Source: Gammaproteobacteria bacterium UBA2965 (GTDB taxonomy: Bacteria; Pseudomonadota; Gammaproteobacteria; Pseudomonadales; Azotimanducaceae). From it: a DNA stretch of 64,000 bases. This document shows, in pieces, positions 36,404 to 45,218 of the stretch. A model generated the notes under the pieces. That model ran no database searches. It was given only the letters and a program-made list of their open reading frames with translations, and had not been told where the DNA came from. The DNA is taken from contig DEBD01000037.1 in assembly GCA_002348385.1 (NCBI GenBank), forward strand, positions 129,467 through 193,466. The letters run 5' to 3'. The number at the start of each line of letters is the position of its first letter. Position 1 is the first letter of the stretch. Made by a program: the position numbers and the translations under genes.

Positions 36404-36429
36404 TCATCAGCCACGACCGGGAGAACGCG

Positions 36430-37839
36430 CTACTCAGCGTCGCCCCATAGCGCCTGGTGCATTGTGGCGTAGATTTCATTCTGGTCCATCACCCCGTTGA
36501 CGCCGTCCGCTCCAGGGCCGCGGGCATATGCGGGCACGTCCTCCCCTGCATGGGTTTCCACAGGTAGAGGAACGGCCGCGATCTGGCGATAGGTGTGCGC
36601 CGTGGTATCCACGTCGGTGAGGTCAGGCAACTCCTTTAAGTACCCCGGCCCATTGGCATAACTCAACGTGGTGTAGGGCCGACCCTCTGCGTCTAGCTGC
36701 TCCTGGCCGCCAACGGCTACTTTTCCGAGGATGGGATTGCCCCTGCTCGGGTAACCGCTGATGGTGAAGGTGTGGCTGTGATCCGCGGTCACGATGATCA
36801 ACGTATCCGCGGCGCTGGTGAGATTCACGGCGCGCTGAACGGCATCCGAAAGGGCCACCGTGTCAACCAGGGCGCGATAGGCGTTGGAAAAGTGATGCGC
36901 GTGATCAATGCGGCCAGCCTCTACCATGAGGAAATAGCCCTCACCGTCTCTGCGCAATCGACGAATAGCGAACTCGGTCATGTCCGCCAGCGAGGGCTCG
37001 CCGCCCGCGTCTGCCCGCCGATCCGCCTCGAATTCCAGATGAGAGCGCTCGAAAAGGCCAAGCACCTGGCCGACAGCCTCAGGGCGAACGGCTGCGAATT
37101 CTTCACTGTTCCAGACGTAGCTACGGTTTTCAGCACCGCTCAACCAGTCTGCGACCAGATCGCGGCCGTCTTCACGACTGCCATGTCTGCCGGGGTCTTC
37201 TGGATCCGCCTGCTCGCGCGCAATAAAGTGAGCTCGACCACCACCCAACATGACATCTAAGCCGTCGCCTTGTGGGAACTCCACAAGCTGCCTGGCGATG
37301 TCCACACACCCGGCCTCTATCGCCGCTGCCGGCATCATCGCATCGGCTTCCCAATTGCGTTCGGGCGAATGTGCGTACGTTGCCGCAGGGGTCGCGTGAG
37401 TGATAGTGGCCGTGGAAACAATGCCAGTGGCCATTCCCCGTTCTTCGGCCTGTTCGAGGATGGTGGGCAAGGGGTTGTCCAGCGCCGCCTCGCAATCACC
37501 TCGCCCAACATCCGCAGCCACACTGATGGCTCCTGCGCGCACCTTCCTACCGGTGACCATGGCGGTCATGGTGCCGGCAGAGTCCGGCACCTGCATATCT
37601 GTATTGTACGTCTTGACCAGCGCGGAGGCCGGGAAGCGCTCGAAGCTCAGGTAGTTCTCTTCGCCGCTGTCTCCGCGCGTCTGTCCCTCGTATATCCGGG
37701 CGGCGGTGACGGTGGAGACGCCCATACCATCGCCAACGAACAGGATCACGTTGAGCGCCCTGTTGGACTCAGCTTCGCCCGTCGGCCCGCCGGCGCAACC
37801 GCACACCACAACCAGCATGGCGATCATCATTCCTTTCAT
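36430..37839 (-). CDS. Alkaline phosphatase (PhoA family), secreted
   Basis: FVGDGMGVSTVTAAR, nucleophile context DSAGTMTAM, hydrophobic N-terminal signal. Confidence 0.9.
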   Translation of the reverse strand: MKGMMIAMLVVVCGCAGGPTGEAESNRALNVILFVGDGMGVSTVTAARIYEGQTRGDSGEENYLSFERFPASALVKTYNTDMQVPDSAGTMTAMVTGRKVRAGAISVAADVGRGDCEAALDNPLPTILEQAEERGMATGIVSTATITHATPAATYAHSPERNWEADAMMPAAAIEAGCVDIARQLVEFPQGDGLDVMLGGGRAHFIAREQADPEDPGRHGSREDGRDLVADWLSGAENRSYVWNSEEFAAVRPEAVGQVLGLFERSHLEFEADRRADAGGEPSLADMTEFAIRRLRRDGEGYFLMVEAGRIDHAHHFSNAYRALVDTVALSDAVQRAVNLTSAADTLIIVTADHSHTFTISGYPSRGNPILGKVAVGGQEQLDAEGRPYTTLSYANGPGYLKELPDLTDVDTTAHTYRQIAAVPLPVETHAGEDVPAYARGPGADGVNGVMDQNEIYATMHQALWGDAE

Positions 37840-37870
37840 TGCGACTTCCTCGCGCTACGCTGCAACACAG

Positions 37871-38596
37871 CTAGTTCAGATTCCGGGTGAACAGATCGAG
37901 CACCCGATCCCAGTGCTTTTCGGACGCCTCTCGGTGATAACGCTCACCGCTGGGAGCAAACCCGTGTATCGCACCTTCCATGAAGTCGATGCGATAGTTG
38001 ACGCCGGCGTCGGACAGCGCCTTGTCCATGATGTGCATTTCTTCTTCCGTAGCGGTGGGATCGTTGTCGGCCCATGCGAAGTACACTTCCGCGCTGATGT
38101 TGTCCAACTGAGTGTGCGGCGAGTCTGCCTGGTCGGTGACCACCCAAGCTCCGTGAACCGACGCGATGGCGCCCACCCGCTCGCCCATGGTCTGGGCCAG
38201 CGCCATCACCAGCGGCCCGCTCATGCAGAATCCTACCGCGCCGATCTTGGCGGCGAGATCCGCCTTGTCGCTGGTGGCAGCGTGAGCAAGCAGCGCCTGC
38301 GCATCGGGTACGATCCCTTCGCGGGTCACCCCCGCCATGAGTTCGCGGCGCAGGTGCATGTCCTCGTCGCTGGCCCCAAACTCGCGGTAGGGGCTCTGTC
38401 GGTAGTAGAGAAAGGGCATCAGCACATAGTAGCCGGCACTTGCCATCCGAGCCGCCATGTCCTTCAGCGCCGGGCGGATACTGGGCGCATCCATCAGATA
38501 GAGGACTATCGGATATGGCCCGCCATCCTCGGGGTGATATTCGAACGTCGTCATGCTGCCATCCGGCGTCTGCACTTGGATCTCACGCTCGATCAT
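37871..38596 (-). CDS. Dienelactone hydrolase family protein
   Basis: Nucleophile elbow VGFCMSG. Start trimmed to ATG 38596, downstream of GAGG. Confidence 0.85.
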   Translation of the reverse strand: MIEREIQVQTPDGSMTTFEYHPEDGGPYPIVLYLMDAPSIRPALKDMAARMASAGYYVLMPFLYYRQSPYREFGASDEDMHLRRELMAGVTREGIVPDAQALLAHAATSDKADLAAKIGAVGFCMSGPLVMALAQTMGERVGAIASVHGAWVVTDQADSPHTQLDNISAEVYFAWADNDPTATEEEMHIMDKALSDAGVNYRIDFMEGAIHGFAPSGERYHREASEKHWDRVLDLFTRNLN

Positions 38597-38668
38597 GGGT
38601 ACCTCGCTGGTCAGTGACCGTTGTGCGCCATCAATCGTGCAGGTGCGGCTAGTGGCACGCAACGGGCA

Positions 38669-39823
38669 TCAAGTAGACAGAATGGTCACGCCGCTGATAC
38701 CGGGCGCCCCATACACGTGGGTGTACGCCACCTTGGGATTACCCGGCACCTGACGCTCACCAGCACCACCCCGGAGCTGCAGCACGTTCTCGTAGACCTG
38801 ACGCAGCCCCGACGCACCGATGGGCTCGCCGTTGGCAATGCAGCCGCCGTCCGTATTCACCGGAAAACGACCATCGATTTCAGTCTCGCCACGCTCCAGC
38901 ATCCACTCCTGCTCGCCGTCCTCGCAGAAACCGTTCTCGGCCATGTGCATGATCTCAGCACCCGACTCCGTGTCCTGCAACTGCGCCACATCAACATCTT
39001 CGGGCCCGATGCCGGCGAACTCGAAGGCCGCTTTGGAGGCATCCATGGTAGGCCCATCACACTCGTCGTTGGACAGATAGGAGGCCTTGACCTCGAAACT
39101 CCCGTAACGTCTCGAGCGCATCACAGCGGCTTTCAGATAGATGGGCTTGGAAGTGTATTTGTGGGCCTGGTCCGCCCGACACAACACCATAGCCACCCCG
39201 CCCTCTCCCGGAGAGCAGAACATATACTGAGTCAGCGGATAGGCCAGCATGCGCGACTGCAGAATCTCGTCTTCGGTGAACGCCTGCTTGCGCCAGGCCA
39301 TGGGGTTCATGGAGCCGTTGCGTGTGGCCTTGGCAGCCACACGAGCCAGCGTGCGGTGACTGATCTGGTGCTTTTGCATGTAGCGATTGATCTTCATGGC
39401 AAAAAACTGCGGGTTGATGGCCATACCGCTGCCGCCGTACCAGTCCGCCCCGCCGTCAACAGGATGCACAGGGCGGTCGCTGGCGAAGGCTCCGCGAGGA
39501 TGCTTATCGAAGCCGACGGCTATGCCAATGTCCTGGATGCCCGCCATGATCATGTTGTAGGCAGTGGACAGTGCCGTGCCGCCAGTAGCACAACCGTTGA
39601 CCACATTGACGAACTGCAGTCCCGTAAGCCCCATCATGCTCACCATCTGATCCGGTGCCCCCGCCGCCATGCTGCCACCTACGGCAAAGCCAAGGTCTTT
39701 CCAACCGATGCCGGCATCCCTGCAGGCTTCACGCGCTGCTATAGCCCCCTGCTCCATGCCGGTGACACCTTCATGCCGGCCGAACGGGTGCATGCCGATG
39801 CCGACGATTGCTACTTCATTCAT
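38669..39823 (-). CDS. Thiolase-like protein, SCP-x/nonspecific lipid-transfer-protein type
   Basis: VAIVGIGMHPFGR and NGCATGG. Start trimmed to ATG 39823, downstream of AGGAG. Confidence 0.9.
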   Translation of the reverse strand: MNEVAIVGIGMHPFGRHEGVTGMEQGAIAAREACRDAGIGWKDLGFAVGGSMAAGAPDQMVSMMGLTGLQFVNVVNGCATGGTALSTAYNMIMAGIQDIGIAVGFDKHPRGAFASDRPVHPVDGGADWYGGSGMAINPQFFAMKINRYMQKHQISHRTLARVAAKATRNGSMNPMAWRKQAFTEDEILQSRMLAYPLTQYMFCSPGEGGVAMVLCRADQAHKYTSKPIYLKAAVMRSRRYGSFEVKASYLSNDECDGPTMDASKAAFEFAGIGPEDVDVAQLQDTESGAEIMHMAENGFCEDGEQEWMLERGETEIDGRFPVNTDGGCIANGEPIGASGLRQVYENVLQLRGGAGERQVPGNPKVAYTHVYGAPGISGVTILST

Positions 39824-39848
39824 TGCGTTCTCCTGCTTGTCCGGTGCG

Positions 39849-40274
39849 TTACTCCACGGGCGCAAAGGCAAAGGTAACGACCTCATTGCCGTCATCGTCG
39901 GCATAAAGGGGTTCGACAGTCAGCTGCATTTCCATGCCATCGCGCAGGTGCTCGGGCTGCGACTCGGTCAGCCTGGCCTCCACCTTGAGCTCGGGAAGCT
40001 CAACATAGCCCACTCCGAAGGGTTGGAAATTCTCCGGGTCGTTCTCGCCCAGGTAGGGCGGGTCCTTGGGTGGAAAACCCTGCACCGTCCATGCCCACAG
40101 CGTACCGCGACTGCTCAGCGGCACGGACTCCACGTTCGCACCGGCGCAGTGCGCGCAACCCGACAGCAGCGGGAAGGTGTGGTGGCCGCAATCCTTGCAG
40201 CGGCCGCCCATCAGCCTGGGCTCATCCCCGGAAATATCGAGTACGAATTCGTTGATTGATACCTGCTGGCCCAT
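39849..40274 (-). CDS. DUF35 Zn-ribbon/OB-fold protein (thiolase-associated)
   Basis: CKDCGHHTFPLLSGCAHC zinc ribbon followed by an OB-fold region. Confidence 0.85.
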   Translation of the reverse strand: MGQQVSINEFVLDISGDEPRLMGGRCKDCGHHTFPLLSGCAHCAGANVESVPLSSRGTLWAWTVQGFPPKDPPYLGENDPENFQPFGVGYVELPELKVEARLTESQPEHLRDGMEMQLTVEPLYADDDGNEVVTFAFAPVE

Positions 40275-40368
40275 AGCGCTCTACCCCCCAGTTCACGTCT
40301 CCCATTCTGCAACAGACCGACATGGTTCGGTAGCCGGCATCCTCCTGCAGCTCGCGACGGCACATGTC

Positions 40369-41535
40369 CTAATAGGAGCGTGGCAGCTCCAGCACGTGCT
40401 CGCTGACGTAATTTTGAATCATCTCCTGGGAGATCGGCGCGATCTTCATCAGCCGCGCCTCGCGCCAGTATCGCTCCACGTGGTACTCGCTGGCATAACC
40501 AAAGCCACCCAGGGTCTGCACAGCCCGATCAGCCGCAAAGAACCCCGCATCGGCCGCCAGCCATTTGGCCATGTTGGCCTCGGCGCCACAGGGCAGGCCC
40601 TGATCCAGCAGCCAGGAGGCCTTGCGGATCATGAGCTCCGCCGCATCTAGGCGCATCCTGGCCTCGGCCAGCGGAAAAGCGATCCCCTGGTTCTTGCCAA
40701 TGGGGCGGTTGAACACCACCCGCTCGTTGGCGTAATCCACCGCACGCTTCAGCGCCACCCGCCCGATGCCCAGCGCTTCCGCCGCGATCAGCACACGCTC
40801 CGCGTTGAGGCCGTCGAGCAGGTAACGAAACCCCTTGCCTTCGTCACCCACCCGATCGGTCACCTGAACGGGTAGGTCGTCGTAGACCACTTCGCAGGTG
40901 GCCACCGCGTTTCGGCCCACCTTATCGATGGGCGAGATGCTCACCTCGTCGCGCTGCAGTTCCGCCAGCAGCAGGGTCAAACCGTCGGTGCGGCGCTCCA
41001 CAGCTTCTTTGGGGGTGGTGCGAACCAGCAGCAGCACCCGCTCGGATTGCAGCGCCTTGGTGGTCCACACCTTGCGGCCCTTAACTAGGTAGGTGTCTCC
41101 CTCACGGCGAGCGGTGGTTGTGATAGAGGTCGTGTCCGTTCCCGCATCCGGCTCGGTCACGCCGAATGCCACATGCAGGTCACCCCGGGCCACGCGAGGC
41201 AGATAAGCCTGTTTCATCTCCTCGGAACCGTACTTCACCACCGGGTGCATGCCGAAAATAGACAGATGCAGGGGCGTTGCGCCGTTCATGGCGGCGCCGC
41301 TGGCAGCCACCTCCTCCAACACCAGGCTTGCCTCGGTGATACCGCGACCGCTGCCCCCATAAGCCTCCGGGATGGCTATGCCGAGCCACCCTGCCTGGGC
41401 CATGGCGTCGTAGAAATCCCACGGAAACTCATGGGCTTTGTCCTTGGCGGCCCAATAGGTGTCCGGAAAGTCGGCGCACAGCTTGCCCACAGACTCGCGG
41501 ATGAGCTGCTGCTCGTCGGTTAGTGCAAAGTCCAT
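40369..41535 (-). CDS. Acyl-CoA dehydrogenase family protein
   Basis: MDFALTDEQQLIRESV N-terminus and QTLGGFGYASEYHVERYWREARL. Start trimmed to ATG 41535. Confidence 0.9.
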   Translation of the reverse strand: MDFALTDEQQLIRESVGKLCADFPDTYWAAKDKAHEFPWDFYDAMAQAGWLGIAIPEAYGGSGRGITEASLVLEEVAASGAAMNGATPLHLSIFGMHPVVKYGSEEMKQAYLPRVARGDLHVAFGVTEPDAGTDTTSITTTARREGDTYLVKGRKVWTTKALQSERVLLLVRTTPKEAVERRTDGLTLLLAELQRDEVSISPIDKVGRNAVATCEVVYDDLPVQVTDRVGDEGKGFRYLLDGLNAERVLIAAEALGIGRVALKRAVDYANERVVFNRPIGKNQGIAFPLAEARMRLDAAELMIRKASWLLDQGLPCGAEANMAKWLAADAGFFAADRAVQTLGGFGYASEYHVERYWREARLMKIAPISQEMIQNYVSEHVLELPRSY

Positions 41536-41549
41536 AGCTCCCCGCCCCC

Positions 41550-42026
41550 TCAGCCGGTCAGACCCAGTTGCTCGAGGCCGCGCTGCCGGCCCAGCTCCAT
41601 GATGTGCCGGTTGCCTCGGCTCCAAAACACATTGAGCGTGACCGCTCTGATGCGCCAGCCGGAATCGGTTCGGACAAGGCGGTCGTGATAGTAGCCCCCC
41701 AGCGCAAAGTCGAAGCTGCCAGCGTCATTGTTCAGAAAATGCTCCGCCTTCATGTACATCTTCAGCTCGGCCTGGTCGGCGTGCACATCCACGATAGGGT
41801 TGGTCATTACATGCTGGGTGGCATCCAGTCCGGTAAACAGCGGTTTCAGCCCTTCTACCCAGTCGTCGGCGGCCATGGACGAGCCCGGCGCGCCGCTGTA
41901 GGACGAAAAATCCATCTCTATCCGATCGGTAAAGATGCTGCGGTGCAGATCCCAATCCCGCGTGTCGATGCTGATGGCGTACTCGTAACGGCGCCGAACG
42001 ATCTGCTGGTAGTCATCGAATTGCAC
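41550..42026 (-). CDS. NTF2-like / SnoaL-like family protein
   Basis: 158 aa with a SnoaL_4-type pattern (RYEYAISIDTRDWDL...). GTG start 7 nt after GAGGAG. Confidence 0.75.
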   Translation of the reverse strand: MQFDDYQQIVRRRYEYAISIDTRDWDLHRSIFTDRIEMDFSSYSGAPGSSMAADDWVEGLKPLFTGLDATQHVMTNPIVDVHADQAELKMYMKAEHFLNNDAGSFDFALGGYYHDRLVRTDSGWRIRAVTLNVFWSRGNRHIMELGRQRGLEQLGLTG

Positions 42027-42038
42027 CGCCGAACTCCT

Positions 42039-42893
42039 CTAGCCTGCGTCCGCTTGTCGGTAGGCGAATACCTCGCTGGGCGCGTCGTCCGCACAGCTGG
42101 TCAGCACCATGGCCGGGGCGCTGTCGCGCCGTACCTGCACGTGCACACGCTCCGACGCATCCGAGAATGTGACCGCGGCTTTGTCCGCGTCACCGTTCAC
42201 ATGCAGCAGGCGCAGACCGTTACGCCCCGAAAACGCCTCGGCAGCCTGCACGTGCTTGGGATACGTGGTGCGACCACGCAGCCAATGGAAACCCAGCTCG
42301 CCACGGTCTACGCGTCCAACGAAATCCGACACATCGCCGGTCTGCAACCGCCCGTACAGGGCCGACTGAGGTAGTGCGAGCACGTTGGGCGCGAATCTGT
42401 GCCCGCCCAGGTGGGTGATCTGCCAGGCGCGCTCGCCCACCACCTCACGCAGCCGGTTGTAGACGGGGAGGCCGAAACGCGCGCAACACAGGTCCCGCTG
42501 ACCGTTGGTGCAGACGAAATACTGAGGCTCGCTGATTACCTCGCCGCGAGACAGGGATTCAGGATCGGTAAGGTCCAGCGACTGCAAAAAGTCGTACCCC
42601 GAGCCAGACCACATGTGCAGCGCGCCGTCGATTCCTGCCAGCAGACGCACGTCGTCCCGATCCACCTCGGGTTGGCGAATCAGCTGAGCTCTGGCCTTCA
42701 ATCCGCGCTCGGCAAACCCATCCAACATACGCGCCATCCATGCCCTGGCCGGTTCCGCCAGGTCGCCCTCCTCCAGGGCCTTGGCCTTCCAAACCGGCCG
42801 GTATTCCAACAGCAGCCAGACGTCCACCTCCACAGCGGTACCCGCCAGGGGGTCGTCGGCGGCTGCCTCTGCGCAGTAGATTCGCTCAGCCAT
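42039..42893 (-). CDS. Sucrase/ferredoxin-like (thioredoxin-like [2Fe-2S]) family protein
   Basis: VCTNGQRDLCCARFG and HLGGHRFAPN. Confidence 0.7.
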   Translation of the reverse strand: MAERIYCAEAAADDPLAGTAVEVDVWLLLEYRPVWKAKALEEGDLAEPARAWMARMLDGFAERGLKARAQLIRQPEVDRDDVRLLAGIDGALHMWSGSGYDFLQSLDLTDPESLSRGEVISEPQYFVCTNGQRDLCCARFGLPVYNRLREVVGERAWQITHLGGHRFAPNVLALPQSALYGRLQTGDVSDFVGRVDRGELGFHWLRGRTTYPKHVQAAEAFSGRNGLRLLHVNGDADKAAVTFSDASERVHVQVRRDSAPAMVLTSCADDAPSEVFAYRQADAG

Positions 42894-42904
42894 CTGCTTG
42901 CCCT

Positions 42905-44365
42905 CTACGCCCCCGCACTGGTCTCACCCTCAACATCTGCCATCCCGCGGCGCTGAGTAAGCACCTCGCCGATCTCGGTCATCCGCTCACGGCTGAGCTC
43001 ATAGAAAAGGAAAAAGCTCATGCTCGCGATGCCGATGGCCATCACGGGTGGGCCGGCGATCAAACCGAGATGGTAGATCATTTCCGGGTCGATGGATCCC
43101 ACCTCTGCACCCCTGGGAAAGCCGATGAGATCCAGAGCCACACCACCAAGGATGGTGGCGAGACCCCCGGCCGTTTTGGAGCAGAAAGAGCGAGCCGAAT
43201 AAATGATGCCTTCCTGACGCACGCCCGCTTTGAACTCCAGTTCATCGGCCACATCGGCGAACATGGAGTTGAAGTTCACCAGCATGGCGGGCGACATCAG
43301 GCCTGATAGGAACGACGAGCAAAGGAACAAGACAAACAACAGCGGATCGCCGTTCTCCGGCAGCACATCGGTGAACAGCCGCAGTATGAGCAGGATGTTC
43401 ATGTTGATCTGCACCACGAGCCCCATTCCGATAAGCAGCTTCTGCTTGTCGAAGAGCTTGGTGAGATGGGGAATCATGATCACCGAGATGGGCAGTCCCA
43501 TCAGCATGGTGGGGCCCAGCCAACGCATCCACTCCGTAGGCAGCTCCCAGAAGTGCACGTACAGATAGACGATAAACGTGGCTTCCACACCAAGCACCAG
43601 CAGAATGATGATCATGCCGAACAGCAGCATGCGATAAGACTTGCTGGACAGCGCCTGGCGTACCTCGCGCCACAACCGGCCAACCCCCAGCCGTTCGTGC
43701 TCCGGCTGCCACGTGGGCAGATAAGGCACCTCCTTCTTGGTGCTCCACACGCACAGCGCGATGGTCACCACGATAGCGGCGGCCGCAATGCCCGACATCT
43801 GCGGATACCCCGCCGCATTGAGCAAACCGTGGGTACCGTCTTCAGGCGTGGGAAAGATAAAGCTGTACATCAGAAACGGAAACCCAGCTGTAGCCAGCGT
43901 GCTGAATGCCTGGCTGTAGCTGAACACGCGGGTTCGGTCGGTGTAGTCGTGGGCCATCTCAGCCCCCAGCGCCAGATGGGGCACGTGATACAGAGTGAGA
44001 AACAAGCGAGCTAACACCGCGAACACCATGAGCCAACCGAAGTAGAACACCTCCGGCATGTCCGACGGGGGGTTGAACAGGGCAATGACGCTCACAGCCA
44101 GAGGCAGCGCAGAACCGGCCATCATGGGCAGACGGCGGCCCCATTTGTGCGCCAGCCGATCCGAGATGGAGCCGGCCAGTGGGTCGCTCACCGCATCGAA
44201 AACCATGGCCACGGCAAGAGCCACCGCACTCAGGCTGGCCGACACCCCGAGCACCTGGTTGTAGAAGAACAAGGTGAAGGTGCCGAAGATGACACCGGTG
44301 ATACCTTCGCCCACCTGTCCGACGCCGAAACCCAGCTTTGAGCTCAGCGGGAGCCTTCTACTCAT
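42905..44365 (-). CDS. MFS transporter, GPH:cation symporter family
   Basis: DPLAGSISDRLAHKWGRRLP loop motif, 12-TM pattern, GGGAGGAAGG before the ATG. Confidence 0.9.
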   Translation of the reverse strand: MSRRLPLSSKLGFGVGQVGEGITGVIFGTFTLFFYNQVLGVSASLSAVALAVAMVFDAVSDPLAGSISDRLAHKWGRRLPMMAGSALPLAVSVIALFNPPSDMPEVFYFGWLMVFAVLARLFLTLYHVPHLALGAEMAHDYTDRTRVFSYSQAFSTLATAGFPFLMYSFIFPTPEDGTHGLLNAAGYPQMSGIAAAAIVVTIALCVWSTKKEVPYLPTWQPEHERLGVGRLWREVRQALSSKSYRMLLFGMIIILLVLGVEATFIVYLYVHFWELPTEWMRWLGPTMLMGLPISVIMIPHLTKLFDKQKLLIGMGLVVQINMNILLILRLFTDVLPENGDPLLFVLFLCSSFLSGLMSPAMLVNFNSMFADVADELEFKAGVRQEGIIYSARSFCSKTAGGLATILGGVALDLIGFPRGAEVGSIDPEMIYHLGLIAGPPVMAIGIASMSFFLFYELSRERMTEIGEVLTQRRGMADVEGETSAGA

Positions 44366-44456
44366 TCAGACACCTTCCTCCCGGCAACCGACCGAGCCTA
44401 TAACGGCACATAGGGAATTGGCAAAGGTGGCTGACTGTTCGTTCGCCCGGCTAACG

Positions 44457-44479
44457 GATGGTCACGGCGGATGACCATC
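44457..44479. promoter_or_regulatory. Inverted repeat in a divergent promoter region
   Basis: GATGGTCA-cggcgga-TGACCATC. Confidence 0.3.
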
Positions 44480-44600
44480 AATGATACGGCCGCTGGCTTG
44501 CGCGGGCGCTGCCCAATCCGGTGCAGGCAGCTACATCTTCCCAGCAGCGGCCGACCTAGGTAGCCTTGGCAAGTAGATTGAACGGGAGGAGACAGAGCGC

Positions 44601-44987
44601 GTGAATATCACTCGAATCAACCACGCCGCGGTAAACGTGCTGGGCAAGGTGGAAGAAGCCCACGATTTCTACACCAAGCTGCTCGGACTTCCTCAGGTGC
44701 CCATCCAGCTACCCGGTCAGCCGCCGGTCATGGAGTCGGACATCGGCTTCTGGGTGGAGCAGCATGGTGTGCAGCTACACGTCATCGGGCGCGAGCCCAT
44801 GGGCGGCACACCGGATCCTACGCAGACCCACGTGTCCTGGTACGTTGAGGATATCGACGAGGTAACCCGGAAACTCGAAGCCCAGAACATCGAATCGAGG
44901 GTCATGGGAGAAGGACAAGCAAGGATCATCTGGGTGCTGGATCCGGCGGGGAATATCGTGGAGTTTCAGCAGGATCCGGAGTGCTAG
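44601..44987 (+). CDS. VOC family protein (glyoxalase/bleomycin resistance/dioxygenase fold)
   Basis: INHAAVNV...HVSWYVEDIDE...DPAGNIVEF. GTG start after GGGAGGAG. Confidence 0.85.
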   Translation: MNITRINHAAVNVLGKVEEAHDFYTKLLGLPQVPIQLPGQPPVMESDIGFWVEQHGVQLHVIGREPMGGTPDPTQTHVSWYVEDIDEVTRKLEAQNIESRVMGEGQARIIWVLDPAGNIVEFQQDPEC

Positions 44988-45218
44988 CCGGCACGCACTG
45001 CGACCGGATCCGGCGCAGCTCAACCGTCAACCTACATTCCAGGCAATATTCGCCTTAGACTTTTAGCGCAAGGTTGTTGAGCGCAGCCTAATTCGTCTGA
45101 AGGATCTGGATCGCCAGATAAACGAGCGTTCCAAGCATGCCGATGGGTCCCACCATTCTCCGATGCAACCGAGCTCGCTAATGGCCATGGTTCGGCCCCA
45201 TTGGTTTCAATCCAAGTG

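Noticed and set aside
38621-39877. 418-aa plus-strand ORF. Similar long antisense or off-frame ORFs occur at 1696-2685, 9232-10236, 21046-22083, 45724-46704, 52921-53838 and 63197-63970.
   Set aside because: Each lies opposite, or out of frame with, a gene carrying diagnostic motifs (thiolase, Rieske/SDR, LLM/HHDH, CoA-transferase, MFS, RND, amidohydrolase). None shows a recognisable family pattern or a convincing SD.
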